A DNA stretch of 64,000 nucleotides, taken from the NCBI RefSeq assembly GCF_001194135.2, contig NC_068989.1, forward strand, positions 94,981,761 through 95,045,760. The letters are read 5' to 3'. Below, piece by piece: positions 1-13,463 of this stretch. The position numbers and the translations under genes are program-made. Position 1 is the first letter of the stretch. Each line of letters starts with the position of its first letter. Origin of the DNA: Octopus bimaculoides. Lineage: Eukaryota. The notes below the pieces were generated by a model, which saw nothing but the letters and a program-made list of their open reading frames with translations, was not told the origin of the DNA and ran no database searches.

Positions 1-686
1 TATATATATATATATATGGATCAAATGAATTTGATTCAAATTCGTTGGTACACTTAAGTTTCAAGCGTGGTGCTAGTTGTCAGCCATTTTGAATTTGAAT
101 GACAGAAGTTGATTGTTAATACTGAAAGGTGCGCTGCGACTGGTCAAGAAAGGTCATGTTTGATGTTTTAAAATACCGCATGGTGAAGTGGAAATTGACC
201 ACGTGGAGAACAGGAAATAGAGCACGTGGCGATTAGAAATCCGTCAAGTTGTTGAGCGGGGAAGAAGGAAGGGCGGCATGCGCAAGTATATACTTCTATA
301 CGTGGGTGTGAATACGCGCTTATATAGTTTTGTGTGCATGTGTATATTGATTTGTGTGCACATCTGTATATGGGTACGCACGCGAACACCTGAAAACACA
401 CACAAACATACACATACGCACTTGGACGAACAAGCACGCGCGCACCCGCACATACACACGCATATACACACATGCAGACACATACACGCATACACACACA
501 CCCATACGTATTCATTCATATGTACATATGTATATTCGCATGCTGTACAAAAATGACCTTCGTACTGACAACGGAAGTGACAGAGGAATGTTTGCAAACC
601 AGTATCTAGCGTATATCGTGAAGAGAAATGTATGATTACTTTGAATAAAAGAGACATACTCGTACATTTAGTGTGTGTGTGTGTGC

Positions 687-721
<35 letters not shown>

Positions 722-784
722 NNNNNNNNNNNNNNNNNNNNNNNNNNNNNNNNNNNNNNNNNNNNNNNNNNNNNNNNNNNNNNN
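722..784. other. Assembly gap
   Basis: N run. Confidence 1.
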
Positions 785-1386
785 CAAACTCAACTAACGA
801 AAACATTTTCATTTATGCAAACATTCCCCAGTTTATAAATATGTGTGAATGTATGTGAATGAGCAAGCATTATGTGTGTATGTGTGTGTGTGAGTGTGTG
901 TGTGTTTGTGTGTGTGTGTACGAGTGTGTGTGTGTGTGTGCGTGTGTGCGAATGTATCGGTATAGTAGTTAGCCTAAGAAGCTTCAAAACTGGAATCCAG
1001 AATACAGAACAGTGTTATGAAAGTCGGATCTTCTTTTAAGAAGCGTATGAGAATATTTGTTGTTATATGTGAGACAAAAAAGAAGACTCACAGAAAATGT
1101 GATGAAAAATAATTTGCCTGCGGAAAAGAGGAGAGATGCAATTATCTCTTTGTGCAGGAAAACTCATTTCTTAAAACCAAAAAAATCAAGATTACTTCTC
1201 CATTTGAATTCATATCAGCGTAAGGAAAAAAATATGACAAACAAGTAAATTCGATGTAGTTTTGATTAAGGACTTACGAGCTAAATTATTGCATTTTAAG
1301 AATATCCTTTCAAAATGATTAAAAACCAATATGTAGTTCAAAACATTTAGTGATCCACAAGGTATACATTTGGTGTTGTTTTGCAG

Positions 1387-1555
1387 ATTAACATGCAACG
1401 TCTTACAGAAATCAATTATACAATTATTTGTTTATATATTTTACTTGCTTCTGTTGTACATGCATTTTTCTCATTCATGCCTGAGAAGATGTCCTTGGGC
1501 TTTGATTTTGCAAAAGGATGCACTTCTTTCAGCAAAATGTTCAACCAAGAAGTGG
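1387..1555 (+). CDS. Candidate coding exon with N-terminal hydrophobic segment (signal peptide or type II TM)
   Basis: Acceptor ggtgttgttttgcag ends at 1386; donor GG|gtaagc starts at 1556. Open frame reads INMQRLTEINYTIICLYILLASVVHAFFSFMPEKMSLGFDFAKGCTSFSKMFNQEV with ATG at 1393. A second frame is also open, and no partner exon or homolog was recognised. Confidence 0.4.
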
Positions 1556-3205
1556 GTAAGCCTTTCCATTTTTCTTCAGTGATACAAGAGAACTGAGGCT
1601 GGGAAACAACGTAAGATCGAAGCTGATCTTGATCAAAGACAGAACATAAGGACAGACGTAAAAAAACAAGAAACTAGTAGTCTATTACATTAACCGTTTA
1701 GTAATTCTGTCTAATATGATATAAAGTTAATGCAAGGAACTTTATACAGAATTGTGAGTATAGAAAAACTGAAACGCTACAAAGTAAATAAAAGATATAA
1801 AAGACATTCATGGATACAAGAAAGATTACACAAGTTTTTAAACTCGTGTACATTGTATTGCTTTTCTCTTTGAGTCATTTGAATTTCATTTGAAAATAAT
1901 CCATTGTAAGATTGTAAAATACTATTATAAAATAATTGATATTGAGGCTTTTAATCTATTCGGTTGCTTTTCTTTCGATTTGTCGTTTCGGGCACAAATC
2001 GACAATCATCCTTGTTTAATATTTTCATCTTTTGCAAGTTTCACTCTTTAAACTTCAATCTTAGTGACGCGCTCTCTTTAGAAATTTTAGTCAATTAAAT
2101 CGAACTCATGTCTTTGTCTGGTACGTCACATATTGAATCCTAGAAACCGAATCACTTTGTCTCCCAGCCGAATCATGCACGGTACACAATAGAAGCCCGT
2201 CTGAATACAGCATTATCTGAACATAAAACTTGAAGTAGCTCACCTATAAAGTTTCTATTTAATAAATAATATAATATACACTATATAGGCGATTCAATTC
2301 GCCACCTCATTTACAGTCATAACACCTGTATCTCATCACTAGGATACCGCACCTGAACTTCCAATCAACCTCAAGAGATGAACATAAATCTCCTAAACAG
2401 ATTCATAACACACTCCGAGTCTATTATAAAAAATATTGTTTCTAAAAGTAAAAGTTTTATTCATAATTAATATCTTTGAATTTCATCTTCGTATGATTTG
2501 ATGACCTATATCAAAATTTTCAATAATTCAACACTAGAAAGTAATTTAGAAATTAATTTACATTTTATTTAGTTTTCACACAGGTATAAAAAAACAAATA
2601 GTTTTTTTCTTTTTTTCTATCCGTGTAAGTTGCTTTTGATAAATCTACTGGTTTTTACACAATGTGTAATTAAATATTCATTAACACTTGTTAAATTCCA
2701 AACATATATTTCTATTGCTTATCAGATTTTCTTAAGCACTAATTCGGCCTTTAATCCTATTCACTAACAAATTTGTCGCTAATTATCGAAGTCAAACAAT
2801 GGGTTAATCAATACTAAGTAATGCCCAATAAATCATAATTTAAATGAAGCTTCGATTAATTAAATTTTGCAGTACCTATTTACGGCAAAAAGAATAACGA
2901 TAAGAAACCAGTTATATTCTATATATTTGCAAAATGGTATTTACAAAAGATATTTAAGAGAATATTTCAGTTGTTTGCTATTTCTGAACAGCTTATAAAA
3001 CATATTTTGAAAATGTGTAATGAAAGAAGCATCAGAAATGTTAAATAAAACACATTTGTTGGCTTCAGGTTAATTGCTTCTAATTACCGAGGTTCATTCA
3101 TCTGCTCACAATTCTTCAAATATATTCTTTGATAATGTTCATCAAACTTTCAGGATATGTGCCAAAACAAACTGTTGCATAATATCAAATATAATTTTAA
3201 TGTTC

Positions 3206-3363
3206 AAGAAGAAGAAGAAGAAGAAGAAGAAGAAGAAGAAGAAGAAGAAGAAGAAGAAGAAGAAGAAGAAGAAGAAGAAGAAGAAGAAGAAGAAGAAGAA
3301 GAAGAAGAAGAAGAAGAAGAAGAAGAAGAAGAAGAAGAAGAAGAAGAAGAAGAAGAAGAAGAA
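3206..3363 (+). repeat. Perfect (GAA)n microsatellite, about 52 units
   Basis: Seen directly; explains the poly-K, poly-E and poly-F ORFs. Confidence 0.98.
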
Positions 3364-3429
3364 TGGCATATGTTGATAATTCATAACAAAAATTAAAAAG
3401 TATTTTAGAAATACGACTTTTATTTCTTT

Positions 3430-3620
3430 TACGTTATACTTGTTCCAGTTATTGGACGACGACCGTGAGGAGACACCACCTTGAATTGTTTAGTCAAGTA
3501 AATCTACTCAGTCCTTATGAGATTACTTATTTTATCAGACACAATTGTTGAGCCGCTAAGTTGTGGGGATGTAAACAAGCCAACGCCGATCGTCAAGCGT
3601 TAGTGGGTGGCACATACGCA
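3430..3620 (-). mobile_element. SINE family A, 3' tail fragment
   Basis: Reverse complement matches the tail of the copy at 43257-43650 (taacttagcgg...gataaaataagta...ttcaaggtggtg). Confidence 0.65.
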
Positions 3621-3703
3621 CAAACACTTACATATAGGTATGTATGTGTGTGTGTATGCATTTATACATGTATGCATCTACATGTCCTCTATATGTGCAT
3701 ATA

Positions 3704-4280
3704 CACAAACATGCAGGAAGTAAATAGACACCTTTAATTTTCAAAATCTTTTAGTTGGTATTAATTGGTTGAAGGAGAGGTTTTCTTCCAGCTGCTCGTC
3801 CATAATATCCAAGCTTATGCAGATATGTAACACACGTTCTTGGAATAACTTGTAGCTGTTTTGCAATGTCAGAAGCCATCGAACGGGGTTCGTTTTCCAC
3901 AATTCTCTTCAAACAGCGAAGCTTCCTTTCCGAGGGCCCAGGTCGGCCGGGAAGAGAATCTGTTGATTATTTCCCTTGGCTTTTGAATTGCGCTATAATT
4001 CTATTAACAGTAACAAGAGGAATTTGAAGATTTTCAACAATTTTTCGCTAGCTAAGACCAGCCTCAGATTCACCAAAAGTACGACCTCTTTGAAATCTTA
4101 CAGTTCTAGTGAATTTGTTGTGCCTGGTATGATTACACTTCGCAAATGTTTAATATAATGGCACCTGGAATGAAAATGAATAATTACATTGTAAATTCTA
4201 CACCGCCGAAAACATATTAAGACTCTTAGATCAGAAATTTTGAAAATTAAAGGTGTTTATTTACTTTCTGCATGTCTGTG
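3704..4280 (-). mobile_element. Internally deleted Tc1-like transposon with TIRs
   Basis: 44-bp TIRs at 3704-3747 and 4237-4280 (3 mismatches), TA on both sides. The minus strand encodes a decayed N-terminal HTH region: [103 protein letters not shown]. No DDE domain is present. Confidence 0.85.
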
Positions 4281-4310
4281 TATACACACACACATACACA
4301 TACACACACA

Positions 4311-4395
<85 letters not shown>

Positions 4396-5037
4396 TTTTT
4401 TATAGCAAATTCTCTCACGTGGCATTTAATCGGCGTAATGGGACTGAACCAGAAACTAGATGGTTGCAAAACGGGCTTTTTATTCGCACAGTCATGCCTG
4501 CATTTGGAGTTGATAAAATTACAATCCAATTTTTGTTTGGTACGGTTTTATTTCTACCTCTTCCTCCTCCTCCTCCTCCTTTCCTTACTCTGAATTTATC
4601 CCTCTAAACTTCATTGGCGGAAAGGACGGAAAATGAATTCCTGTTCTCATGAATATCTCCATTGATAGTTCGGCGCAATCTATGACATAGAAAGTGATTT
4701 ATAGCTTCAACCCCATTCAAACTGAACCATTTCTACGGCTCCAACTGTTATGATTGTTGTTTTCTTTGGCTTGGAATTCTTCCATGTTCATACAAACAAG
4801 TATTTTGCTACAGTTTATGTTGCTGTCCGCGATGATGGTGGAATTATGCATTTTGTCTGTGTTTCTTCAAACTTTTAAATTATTCTGAATATTTTATGTG
4901 AAAACAAAATTTTTGTAGTCCAAAACGAAATCAGCTTACACATTATTTATCTATAAATTCAAATCTATGCACACACCTATTTATATCTATATATCTATAC
5001 TTATCAATCTATCTACCAATGCGTGTGTGTATGTGCG

Positions 5038-5086
<49 letters not shown>

Positions 5087-5249
5087 ATGTGAGAGTGTGT
5101 GACTCCACTGTTTATCTTTTTTTATCTACTGCTTTCGATGTTTCTGGGTACATTTTTGCATTCAGTTGAATAAATTGACAGATATTTGTGTTTGTATGTA
5201 TGGGTGTACGTTTATGCATATGTACACGCATACATACTTGTAAACACAC

Positions 5250-5288
<39 letters not shown>

Positions 5289-6709
5289 TATATATATAAA
5301 AGCAGGCATAAATACGTTTATTTGTTGTTTCGTGAAGATATATCATTTTCCATTCCTTCACTCAAATAGCATTATATACAACTAAATAACAGAAGCTGCA
5401 TGCAAAATCAAGCAGGAGTTTTAAATATTCATACGAGCCAACATGAAATATACGCATCTCCACGCGCACTCGCATACATACAAATACGTATACACACACA
5501 TACATATACCCTCACATGCATTTATTTCAAAACATATGACTTCATCTAAGTCTGTACGTCTCAGCAAAGCTTAATACGTACACACAGCCAAACACCCATC
5601 CACCAACCTCTGAAATCACATACACATTGATAGATATATATATACATATATGCACAAGAGATGTGTATACATTTTCAAACATGTGCTCATCTTCCTAAAT
5701 GTTCGCGTGCATAGTCGTGTATATAAGCCTTTCGATTGCTGCAAAGTAAGGTATGTACAAATGCACTCGAGTGCAAATATATATTACACACGCACGCATA
5801 AATTCAATCATATATATTGGCGTGCATGGACGAAAATTCAGTCGGCTAAATAAAGTGATCAATGAGATATTGGTTGCCTTGTAAATATCTACTTTAGATT
5901 TCTGCAAGCTGCCACTGAAGTACCTGGAAGGGGCGGGTGGAGAGGAAAAGACAGTATTTGAAAACCTCGACGAATGAATCGAAGCAAAATTTGGAATGTT
6001 TTTAGTAAAACTGAATGAACAGTGAAAGATATACGCCTGGATAGGTTTATTTTCCTCTGGCTTCCTCAGAGCATCAACACGTAGATAATAAAAAAGAATT
6101 ATAGATATCCTGATACTGGTGTATACATTTCTATTTATCGTCAGAAATATTTACGCACGATTCTTGCATCAGGATATTCTTTCCGATTTCTTTTTTGTTT
6201 TCTGTCTTTTGGAGTATTTTTTCTGATTCATTGATTTGATTTTGTAAACAAGGGTTTATTCATGACTAAAATCACACACATACACCTTAGATAATATGTA
6301 GAACTGAGTGCAGCCTAATTTACATATTATTCGTCTACATATGCATACATGGCTATTTCCATTTATAAACTCGTACATTTGTGCACGGTCATATATTCGT
6401 ATATGTTAAATGGTTTAAAACCCAAGCGATTCAACTGTGCACAGGTTTTCATTTTAAATATGAATAATTATGCATATTGCTTCAATGTACGTCAACATTG
6501 CGCATGTACGTGTTTGTGCAATGTAAATGTCAGGATATACACACTCATGCAAACATGCAAACATGCAAGCACACATGTACACATGAAGAAAGACGAAGAC
6601 GCGCAGACATGCACACATACACAGCACATTCGTACATACTTACAAATATATATACGCATAGCTGTGTGAGTGTGTGTGTACTGTGTGTGCGTGTGTGCGT
6701 TTATGTGTT

Positions 6710-6761
<52 letters not shown>

Positions 6762-6789
6762 GCTGGGTTTGGAGGAAGGTGAAGTGTTT

Positions 6790-7693
6790 AAGGTCTTCGC
6801 AATCTGTCCAAGATTGGAGAGGAAGTGATGATGTTGATGCCATTATTTTCAATGCTCTCACAGCAACTGCGTTGAGTCGACATTTTCAGAACTAAAATAT
6901 GATGGGAGGAGAGGTGCTGAGTATAGTAGTGAGAAGAGAATTTGGCGGAGTGAGGGAGACCTCATGTTGAAAGGAGGAGAGATGAGTGTGACTGGGATAG
7001 CTGAATGGAAGTGGCATGAGACCAACACCAGTGAGTTCCGAGAGGCAGAGGATGTTGTTGTTGTCATAGAAAAAAAGCAGAGAGTGGAGGCAGCGTCAGC
7101 AGGTCTGAAGGCCAAAGGTTCGAGCTTGTCAGTGAGTGACTTCAAACCAATCAAACAAACGGTGTTTTTCTGGAGCCTAATTTGTCTGTTTATAGAAGAT
7201 GGAAGCAGCACCCTGCGTAGGGTTTTATCTGAGCTTTGCAGAATGTCAGCAATTAATTGATCTCTGAAAAGAAGAGTCAGACTTTGCGATGTGGTTTTAA
7301 AAATGCTAAGATTGTGCATCCACCATCAGAGATCCTGGTTTCTAGCGAGACCAAACATTTGAAGCGAGAGACCGTTTGTTTCTACTTGCGTTAATCAGGG
7401 ATGAGGAGCGATGATTTGAATTTAATTTATATGTTGATTTCAGTGATACATGATTGGTTTTTGCTCTTGAAGATAACAAGACAGTCATGGCTCCATTGAA
7501 GTATATTTTATAGATCTCTGCTCTTGAGGTCCTTGCTGATTTGATGCGTCTAGATAACGCATGGTTGAGGAAGGCTTGAGAAAAATGAAAGATAACAGCA
7601 TGTGCTGTGTTGGACCAGACACCAAGTGGATTGGTGGAGAACAGAAGGAATAGAGTTCGGATGAGAACGAAATTCTGAAACACAACAGAGCTG

Positions 7694-7775
<82 letters not shown>

Positions 7776-8150
7776 GAGCACCATCGGTACAGGTCGCTAT
7801 AATGCATTATGAGTGAAAGCTTCAAATACAAAATATAAGAGATGAATGAAGTTTATGATCGAAAGTTTTGACAGAAAATTCGTATATTAGAGATGGTCGA
7901 AATTCCATGGTTGCAAAGCTTGATTCCCAACCACATAGACATGCCAGCGTCCACTGTTTTTCCGGATAATAATGATAGAATCTACCACTGCCGGCACTCT
8001 GGACGCCCCCGTGTGGTCGCTTGACTCCTTTCATAAAATTGCAGGTTGGTCCTCAAATCAAATTCTATCACCTTCAAGAACAGGAAGGATACTTTACAGA
8101 ATGCAGTCATGGAGGATCCCAAACAGATGAAATGGTCATAGATAGAATTT
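6790..8150 (-). mobile_element. Decayed CR1/L2-type LINE, RT C-terminal half and 3' end
   Basis: Frameshifted matches to the CR1/L2-type RT consensus: RTLFLLFSTNPL (cf. PTLFLLFINDL), QIKPYAGCC (cf. QIRPTLEYC), LQKNTVCLIGLKSLTDKLEPLAFR. Interrupted by (GA)n at about 7698-7777. Confidence 0.7.
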
Positions 8151-9194
8151 TTTTATCAGTTTGAATTAAGACTGATCAGCAGTACCAGTAAATCTCCTAA
8201 CGCTTAATGAAGCAACGTTAGATAGTGTAGTCCGAGGTACAGCATGACAACAATGCTTATGATTATTGATGTGTTTTATTATGGCTGATTTGGGTCTAAT
8301 GAACCGGAACAACAACAATAAGAACAACACAAAGACTACCACTATGGAGACTATCAGAAACCACAACAACAAAAAAGAAACATTTATGAGTCTTTATGCG
8401 ATCGGCCACCCTACACGTTATAGCAGCTAAATCTCCTTCCAATTATATATTTTTGTTTATAAAAAAGCAAAGGTGTAATGCTTTTGACAAAAAAACAAAG
8501 CATGATCATGTCTGAGATGATTGTGATACAATAACTCCTTGTACAGCGTTGAACTAGGGTTAAACCTGAAAGTAACAGTATAATAAATATAACACATTTG
8601 CATCACCAGGAAGTGTGATTCTTTTGATAAAGCCAACAGCTCCTGGAATCAATATTTGTTAGAAGACAGAGTAAAACTAGTTAAATTATACATCTAGTGA
8701 TCTTCTACTGCTCTGTAAGATCACTCTGACTGTGTCTATGTGTTTGTGTGTGCGTGTGTGTGTGCGTATGAGAGAGAGGGAATGAGCGAAAGAGAGAAAG
8801 AGAGAGAGAGAAAGTGTGTGGTGCTGTGTTGTAATGAAACGAGTTCAGTTGGTGAGTGTACCTGGATTTCTTGAAAATATTCCCTGAGGTATTCTATATC
8901 AAAGGCTTAGACAAAATACGAACAGTGATCGGAGAAATAAAAGCTAGAGTGCTGCTAGCATTGAAGCACATTTTACTTAAAAGCTCTGTTCTATTTAAAG
9001 GTAAATACAGAAGCAAGAGAGGCTGAAAGTAAAATCCGAATAAGTCTTCGACTGCAGCGTCGACAGTCGTTGGCCCCGAACCATATGTAACAACAACAAC
9101 AACAACAACAACTGTTATATAAGGTATCAACTTTACATTTCTTTCTTTCGGGATCTGTGGCGGTGGAATGGCATAATCGTAATTTGTCACAGTG

Positions 9195-9400
9195 GATGCC
9201 TTGTGGTATTCGTGTTCAAATCCCGCAGTTGACTTCTTGGTTTGATAACTAAATCTGTTATCCGGTTTTCGTGGAAACCATAGAATAAGTACTAGGCTTT
9301 AAAACAAGGGAATTAGGGTCGACTAATTCGACTAAAATTGCTCAACAAGGTGCCCCAGAATGGCCGAGGTCTAATGACTGAAATATGTAAAAATTAAAAG
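9195..9400 (+). mobile_element. tRNA-derived SINE, B-like head with A-like tail
   Basis: B-box-like gtgttcaaatcccgc, followed by the tail motif tagaataagtactaggc...gggtcgactaattcgactaaa...gtgccccagaatggcc shared with family A. Confidence 0.6.
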
Positions 9401-9479
9401 ATAATTGCAATTTCTAGTCTTTAAAATACCATAAATGCAATATTCATGAAAAATGCGACGTGGTGGTCATGGTTTTGGT

Positions 9480-9720
9480 TGAATGTACTTGGTCAGAATT
9501 GCTTAGAACTAGAAAACCTACAAAACCTATATATTAACACTGGTCACTACCACCGCACACTTAGAAATAACAGCTAATTCCTTCGAGTCACTCTATTCTG
9601 TATAATCTTAAGAAAGAATGGAACACATTGAAGAACTTGGTCTTTGATATAAAACCGTTTAATCAAAAGAAAGACATGTCCAAGGGTTGAATGTCTTTGA
9701 CCGTTTGTATGTCTGATCAG
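9480..9720 (+). repeat. Unclassified interspersed repeat family D
   Basis: Shares motifs (tagaaatNNcagcNaa, gtcNttgatata) with 14030-14215 and 54905-55130. Confidence 0.45.
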
Positions 9721-9774
9721 CGCTTCTCGCATCCAACAACTTTACATTTATTTAATACTTTCAGCAAAATATAA

Positions 9775-10160
9775 ACGCGGGCATGGTTGTGTTGTTAAGA
9801 ATATCTTACTTTGTAATCACATGGCTTTGGTTTCAGTCCCGCTGTGCAACATCTTGTGCAAGTGTCTTTTATTGTAGCCCCTGATCGACCAATGCCTTGT
9901 AGGAGAATGTAATAGATAGAAACTATATGGAAGCTCATTCTATATGTGTGTGTGCGTGTGTGCGTGTCTTTGTAGTTAAGGCTTCTTGTCACACAGCTCT
10001 GCAACCGGTGTTGGTTTGCTTACGGCGAATAAGACTGATAGAATAACGACTAGACTCAAAATAAGTATAGAGGTTGAGCCGTTCGGCTAAACCCTTTCGA
10101 TACGGTGCTCCAGCATAGCCGCAGCTTAATTACTGAAATAAGTAACACCTAAAAGATAGA
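9775..10160 (+). mobile_element. SINE family A, near full length
   Basis: tRNA-like head, CORE-like cttgtgcaagtgtc segment, internal (TG)n, tail gtgctccagcatagccgcag. Confidence 0.8.
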
Positions 10161-10790
10161 ATATCAAGTATATTAGTTATTAAAAGACCGTCTGTATGCT
10201 TACATAATACTTGTCATTCGTCTGCAAATTGTTCGTTGTTTTTCAATACTTTCCTTTGTCTGGTTATTTCTCGACTTCCTTGAAATATAATTATCAAATT
10301 GTTGACCAGCAATATCGCAAGAGATTAAATTATCGCGTAACTATTAATGACTATTTTAATAATTCACATCCTCAACTCTTTGCCTCAAGTTCTTACTTGT
10401 CATGGAGAAAGTCATACAAGTAATTTCTACGCCATCTTCATACAGGGGCTACTCCAGCTGTTCAGTTCAATTTCTGTGAACATAAAGGCACCTTACAGAA
10501 CAAATACTGACTTAGACTACGAATCCTTTAAAATCGATTTCTCAACCAATATTCATTTGCATTCTTCCAATGTCACTGCTTAGCTTTTCACACTATTCGG
10601 AGTATTGCTAATGAGATATTCGCTTTTCAGGAATAACAAGGGAAAATATTGAATTCAAGCATCTTTATAGACATAAAATCAATGATTATGATTTCAGTTA
10701 AGACAATGCCAGAATATCGCGACCGGAAGAATCTAAATTATTTGCAAAGTTCTTACTATTTTTTACATTAATAAGTCTGCTGCCCGTATG

Positions 10791-10958
10791 NNNNNNNNNN
10801 NNNNNNNNNNNNNNNNNNNNNNNNNNNNNNNNNNNNNNNNNNNNNNNNNNNNNNNNNNNNNNNNNNNNNNNNNNNNNNNNNNNNNNNNNNNNNNNNNNNN
10901 NNNNNNNNNNNNNNNNNNNNNNNNNNNNNNNNNNNNNNNNNNNNNNNNNNNNNNNNNN
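10791..10958. other. Assembly gap
   Basis: N run. Confidence 1.
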
Positions 10959-11067
10959 GGAGGAGGAGGAGGAGGAGGAGGAGGAGGAGGAGGAAGAAGA
11001 AGAAGAAGAAGAAGAAGAAGAAGAAGAAGAAGAAGAAGAAGAAGAAGAAGAAGAAGAAGAAGAAGAA
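10959..11067 (+). repeat. Compound (GGA)n-(GAA)n microsatellite next to a gap
   Basis: Seen directly. Confidence 0.95.
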
Positions 11068-12640
11068 TTGCCTTAATGAAGTAATAATGCCAGATTGAGT
11101 TAGAGGGAGGACAATACTGATTACGAAAGACACGAGCAAGGGTAATACAGTTAGCAACTATGGACCAATCACTTGCTTGCCATTAGTGTGGAAGCTGTTA
11201 ACAGGAATGCTTTCAGAAAGCATTTACGAGCACCTTGACAACCAGAATTTACTGGCAGAAGGAGAAAAAAAAGCTTTCAGGAAGAAGGCTAGAAGAATGC
11301 ATGATCTATTATACATAGACAAAGCAATTCTAAATGAGGTGAAAACTAGAAAGGGAAATCTAACTGCAGCATGGATAAATTATAAGAAATCCTATGACAT
11401 GAACCCACACTCATTGATAAGTGAATGTTTGAGCATGTTCAGTATAGCAGACAACATAAGAGAATTAATTAGCTTTAGCATGAAGAAATGGAAAGTAGAT
11501 CTCTACTCGGGTGACACACTTTTAGGGAAAGTTAATACCAAAAGAAGAATTTTCCAGGGGGACTTGTCTCATTTAATATTGTCTTATGTTTGATCTTCCT
11601 CAGTTTAGTATTAAGGAAGGCAAAGACAGGGTATCAGTTCTGAAATAGTAAGAGAAAAATTAACTGTTTGCTCTACATGGATGATCTGAAGCTTTTTAGT
11701 AAGAATGAAAAAGAGATAGATTCCTTAATCGTAAGAGTCTTCATCAAAGATATAAGCATGGAATTTGGCATAGATAAGTGTGCAATATTAGTCATGAGGA
11801 TGGGATAGGTAGTCAACAGTGAAGGCAACCAATTACGAGATGGTCAGACATTAAAATCATTAAAAGGATGAGAGAGTTGTAAGTTTGTAGGAGAATTGGA
11901 ATTTGACAGAGTACTAACTATAGAGATGAAAACGAAATGTGAGAAAGTGTACATTAGAAGGATGAGGAAGCTAATACAGTCAAAGCTAAATGGTCCGAAT
12001 GAAGTGGAGGCTGTAAATATTAGGGCAGTATTATTACTTAGACACTCAGCAGCTTTTGTAGATTAGACAAAAACTGAATTAGCAAAGCTAGACAGAAGAA
12101 CTAGGAAGGAATTCAATATGAATGGAGACCTTCACCCAAGGGCAGGAGTAGCAAGATTATACTTACCAAGAAAGGAAGGCGGGAGAGAGCTGCTAGAATC
12201 ACAGCAAGAAATAGGGAAACCAACGACCAACTTAAAAACCATAAAAATGAACAGAAGCTATCTGACTGGAAGGCGAAAGGGTTGCGTGGTAGATTTCCAA
12301 AGATATTTGCAGCAAATAGAAGTAGTGAGACATGGTTATGGTTGAAGAATTGGAAGCTGAAAAGGGAGACAGAAGTTTGTTAGTAGCAGCATAAGATCAA
12401 GCATTAAGAACTAATTGGATAAAAGTCAAGATAGACAAAACCAAGTAGAATCGTAATGTAGATTATACAAATCAAAAGAGGAAAGCGTTACTCATATACA
12501 AAGTGAATGCAGCACGCTGGTACCGAACGAATACAAGAAAAGACAAGACAACATAAGGAGAGTAATCTTTAACTATAATTTGAACATATTAATAAATCGT
12601 ATGAACATGAACCTAGAAAAGTACTAGAAAGTAAGAAATC
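11067..12640 (+). mobile_element. 5'-truncated R4/Dong-clade non-LTR retrotransposon (RT pseudogene)
   Basis: GRTILITKD, YGPITCLPLVWKLLTG, WINYKKSYD, IFQGD (about 11550), LYMDDLK (about 11671), LHPRAGVARLYLPRKEGGR, and a decayed CCHC knuckle CRLYKSKEESVTHIQSEC (about 12457-12510). Multiple stops and frameshifts. Confidence 0.9.
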
Positions 12641-12944
12641 AGTGATATCAGTGATGATAATAATAAAAATAATGAAAGGAAACGGGTGGAGCCTCCTCCT
12701 CTTCATAAGCTGATTAATGATACATCTAGTGATGGTGTCACAATAAAAACACTGGAAATTGCGCAACCTGATAATCGCTGCCTCATATGAGCGACGATGA
12801 AAAAACAAAATATTGTGAATTACGGTGGTAATGAAACTGAAGCCAACGATGGTGACAGTGGTTGCACCCGGTAGGCTCAGAGATACTGGTCATGCCCAGT
12901 AAAATAAGCTGAGCGTTTTCACCAAATAGTAATAATAATAATAA

Positions 12945-13130
12945 TCTTTTCTATTGGAAGCACAAGGCCTCAAATTTCGAGGAAGGGATTAAGTCGATTC
13001 CAGTGCGTAACTGCTACTTATTTAATCGACCCCGAAAGGATGAAAATCAAAGTCGACCTCGGCGGAATTTGAACTCAGTACGTGAAGACGGACGAAGTAC
13101 CACAAAGTGTGCTAACTATTCTGCCAGCTC
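12945..13130 (-). mobile_element. SINE family B copy
   Basis: Reverse complement has A box gagctggcagaatagttag and B box gagttcaaattccgcc. Confidence 0.85.
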
Positions 13131-13149
13131 ATAATGATAATGATAACCC

Positions 13150-13372
13150 TTTCTACAGGAGGCACAAGGCCTCAATTTTGTGGAGAGGAGACTAGTCGAT
13201 TACATCGACTCCAGTGTGTCACTAGTACTTAATTTATCGACCCCAAAAGGATGAAAGGCAAAGTCGACCTCGGCGAAATTTGAACTCAGAACGTAAAGAC
13301 GGATGAAATATCGCTAAGCATTTCGACCGGCGGGCTAAAAATTCTGCCACGTCTCCGCCTTATTAATTATAG
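13150..13372 (-). mobile_element. SINE family B copy, full length
   Basis: aaggcggagacgtggcagaatttt head, gagttcaaatttcgcc B box, tail ggccttgtgcc. Confidence 0.88.
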
Positions 13373-13374
13373 TA

Positions 13375-13410
13375 ATAATAATAGTAATAATAATAATAAT
13401 AATAATAATG

Positions 13411-13461
<51 letters not shown>
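13375..13461 (+). repeat. (AAT)n microsatellite
   Basis: Seen directly. Confidence 0.95.

Positions 13462-13463
<2 letters not shown>

Noticed and set aside
168-987. ORFs rich in CV/HT/YI dipeptides here and throughout the window, and ORFs spanning N runs
   Set aside because: These are translations of (TG)n, (CA)n, (TA)n or gaps.
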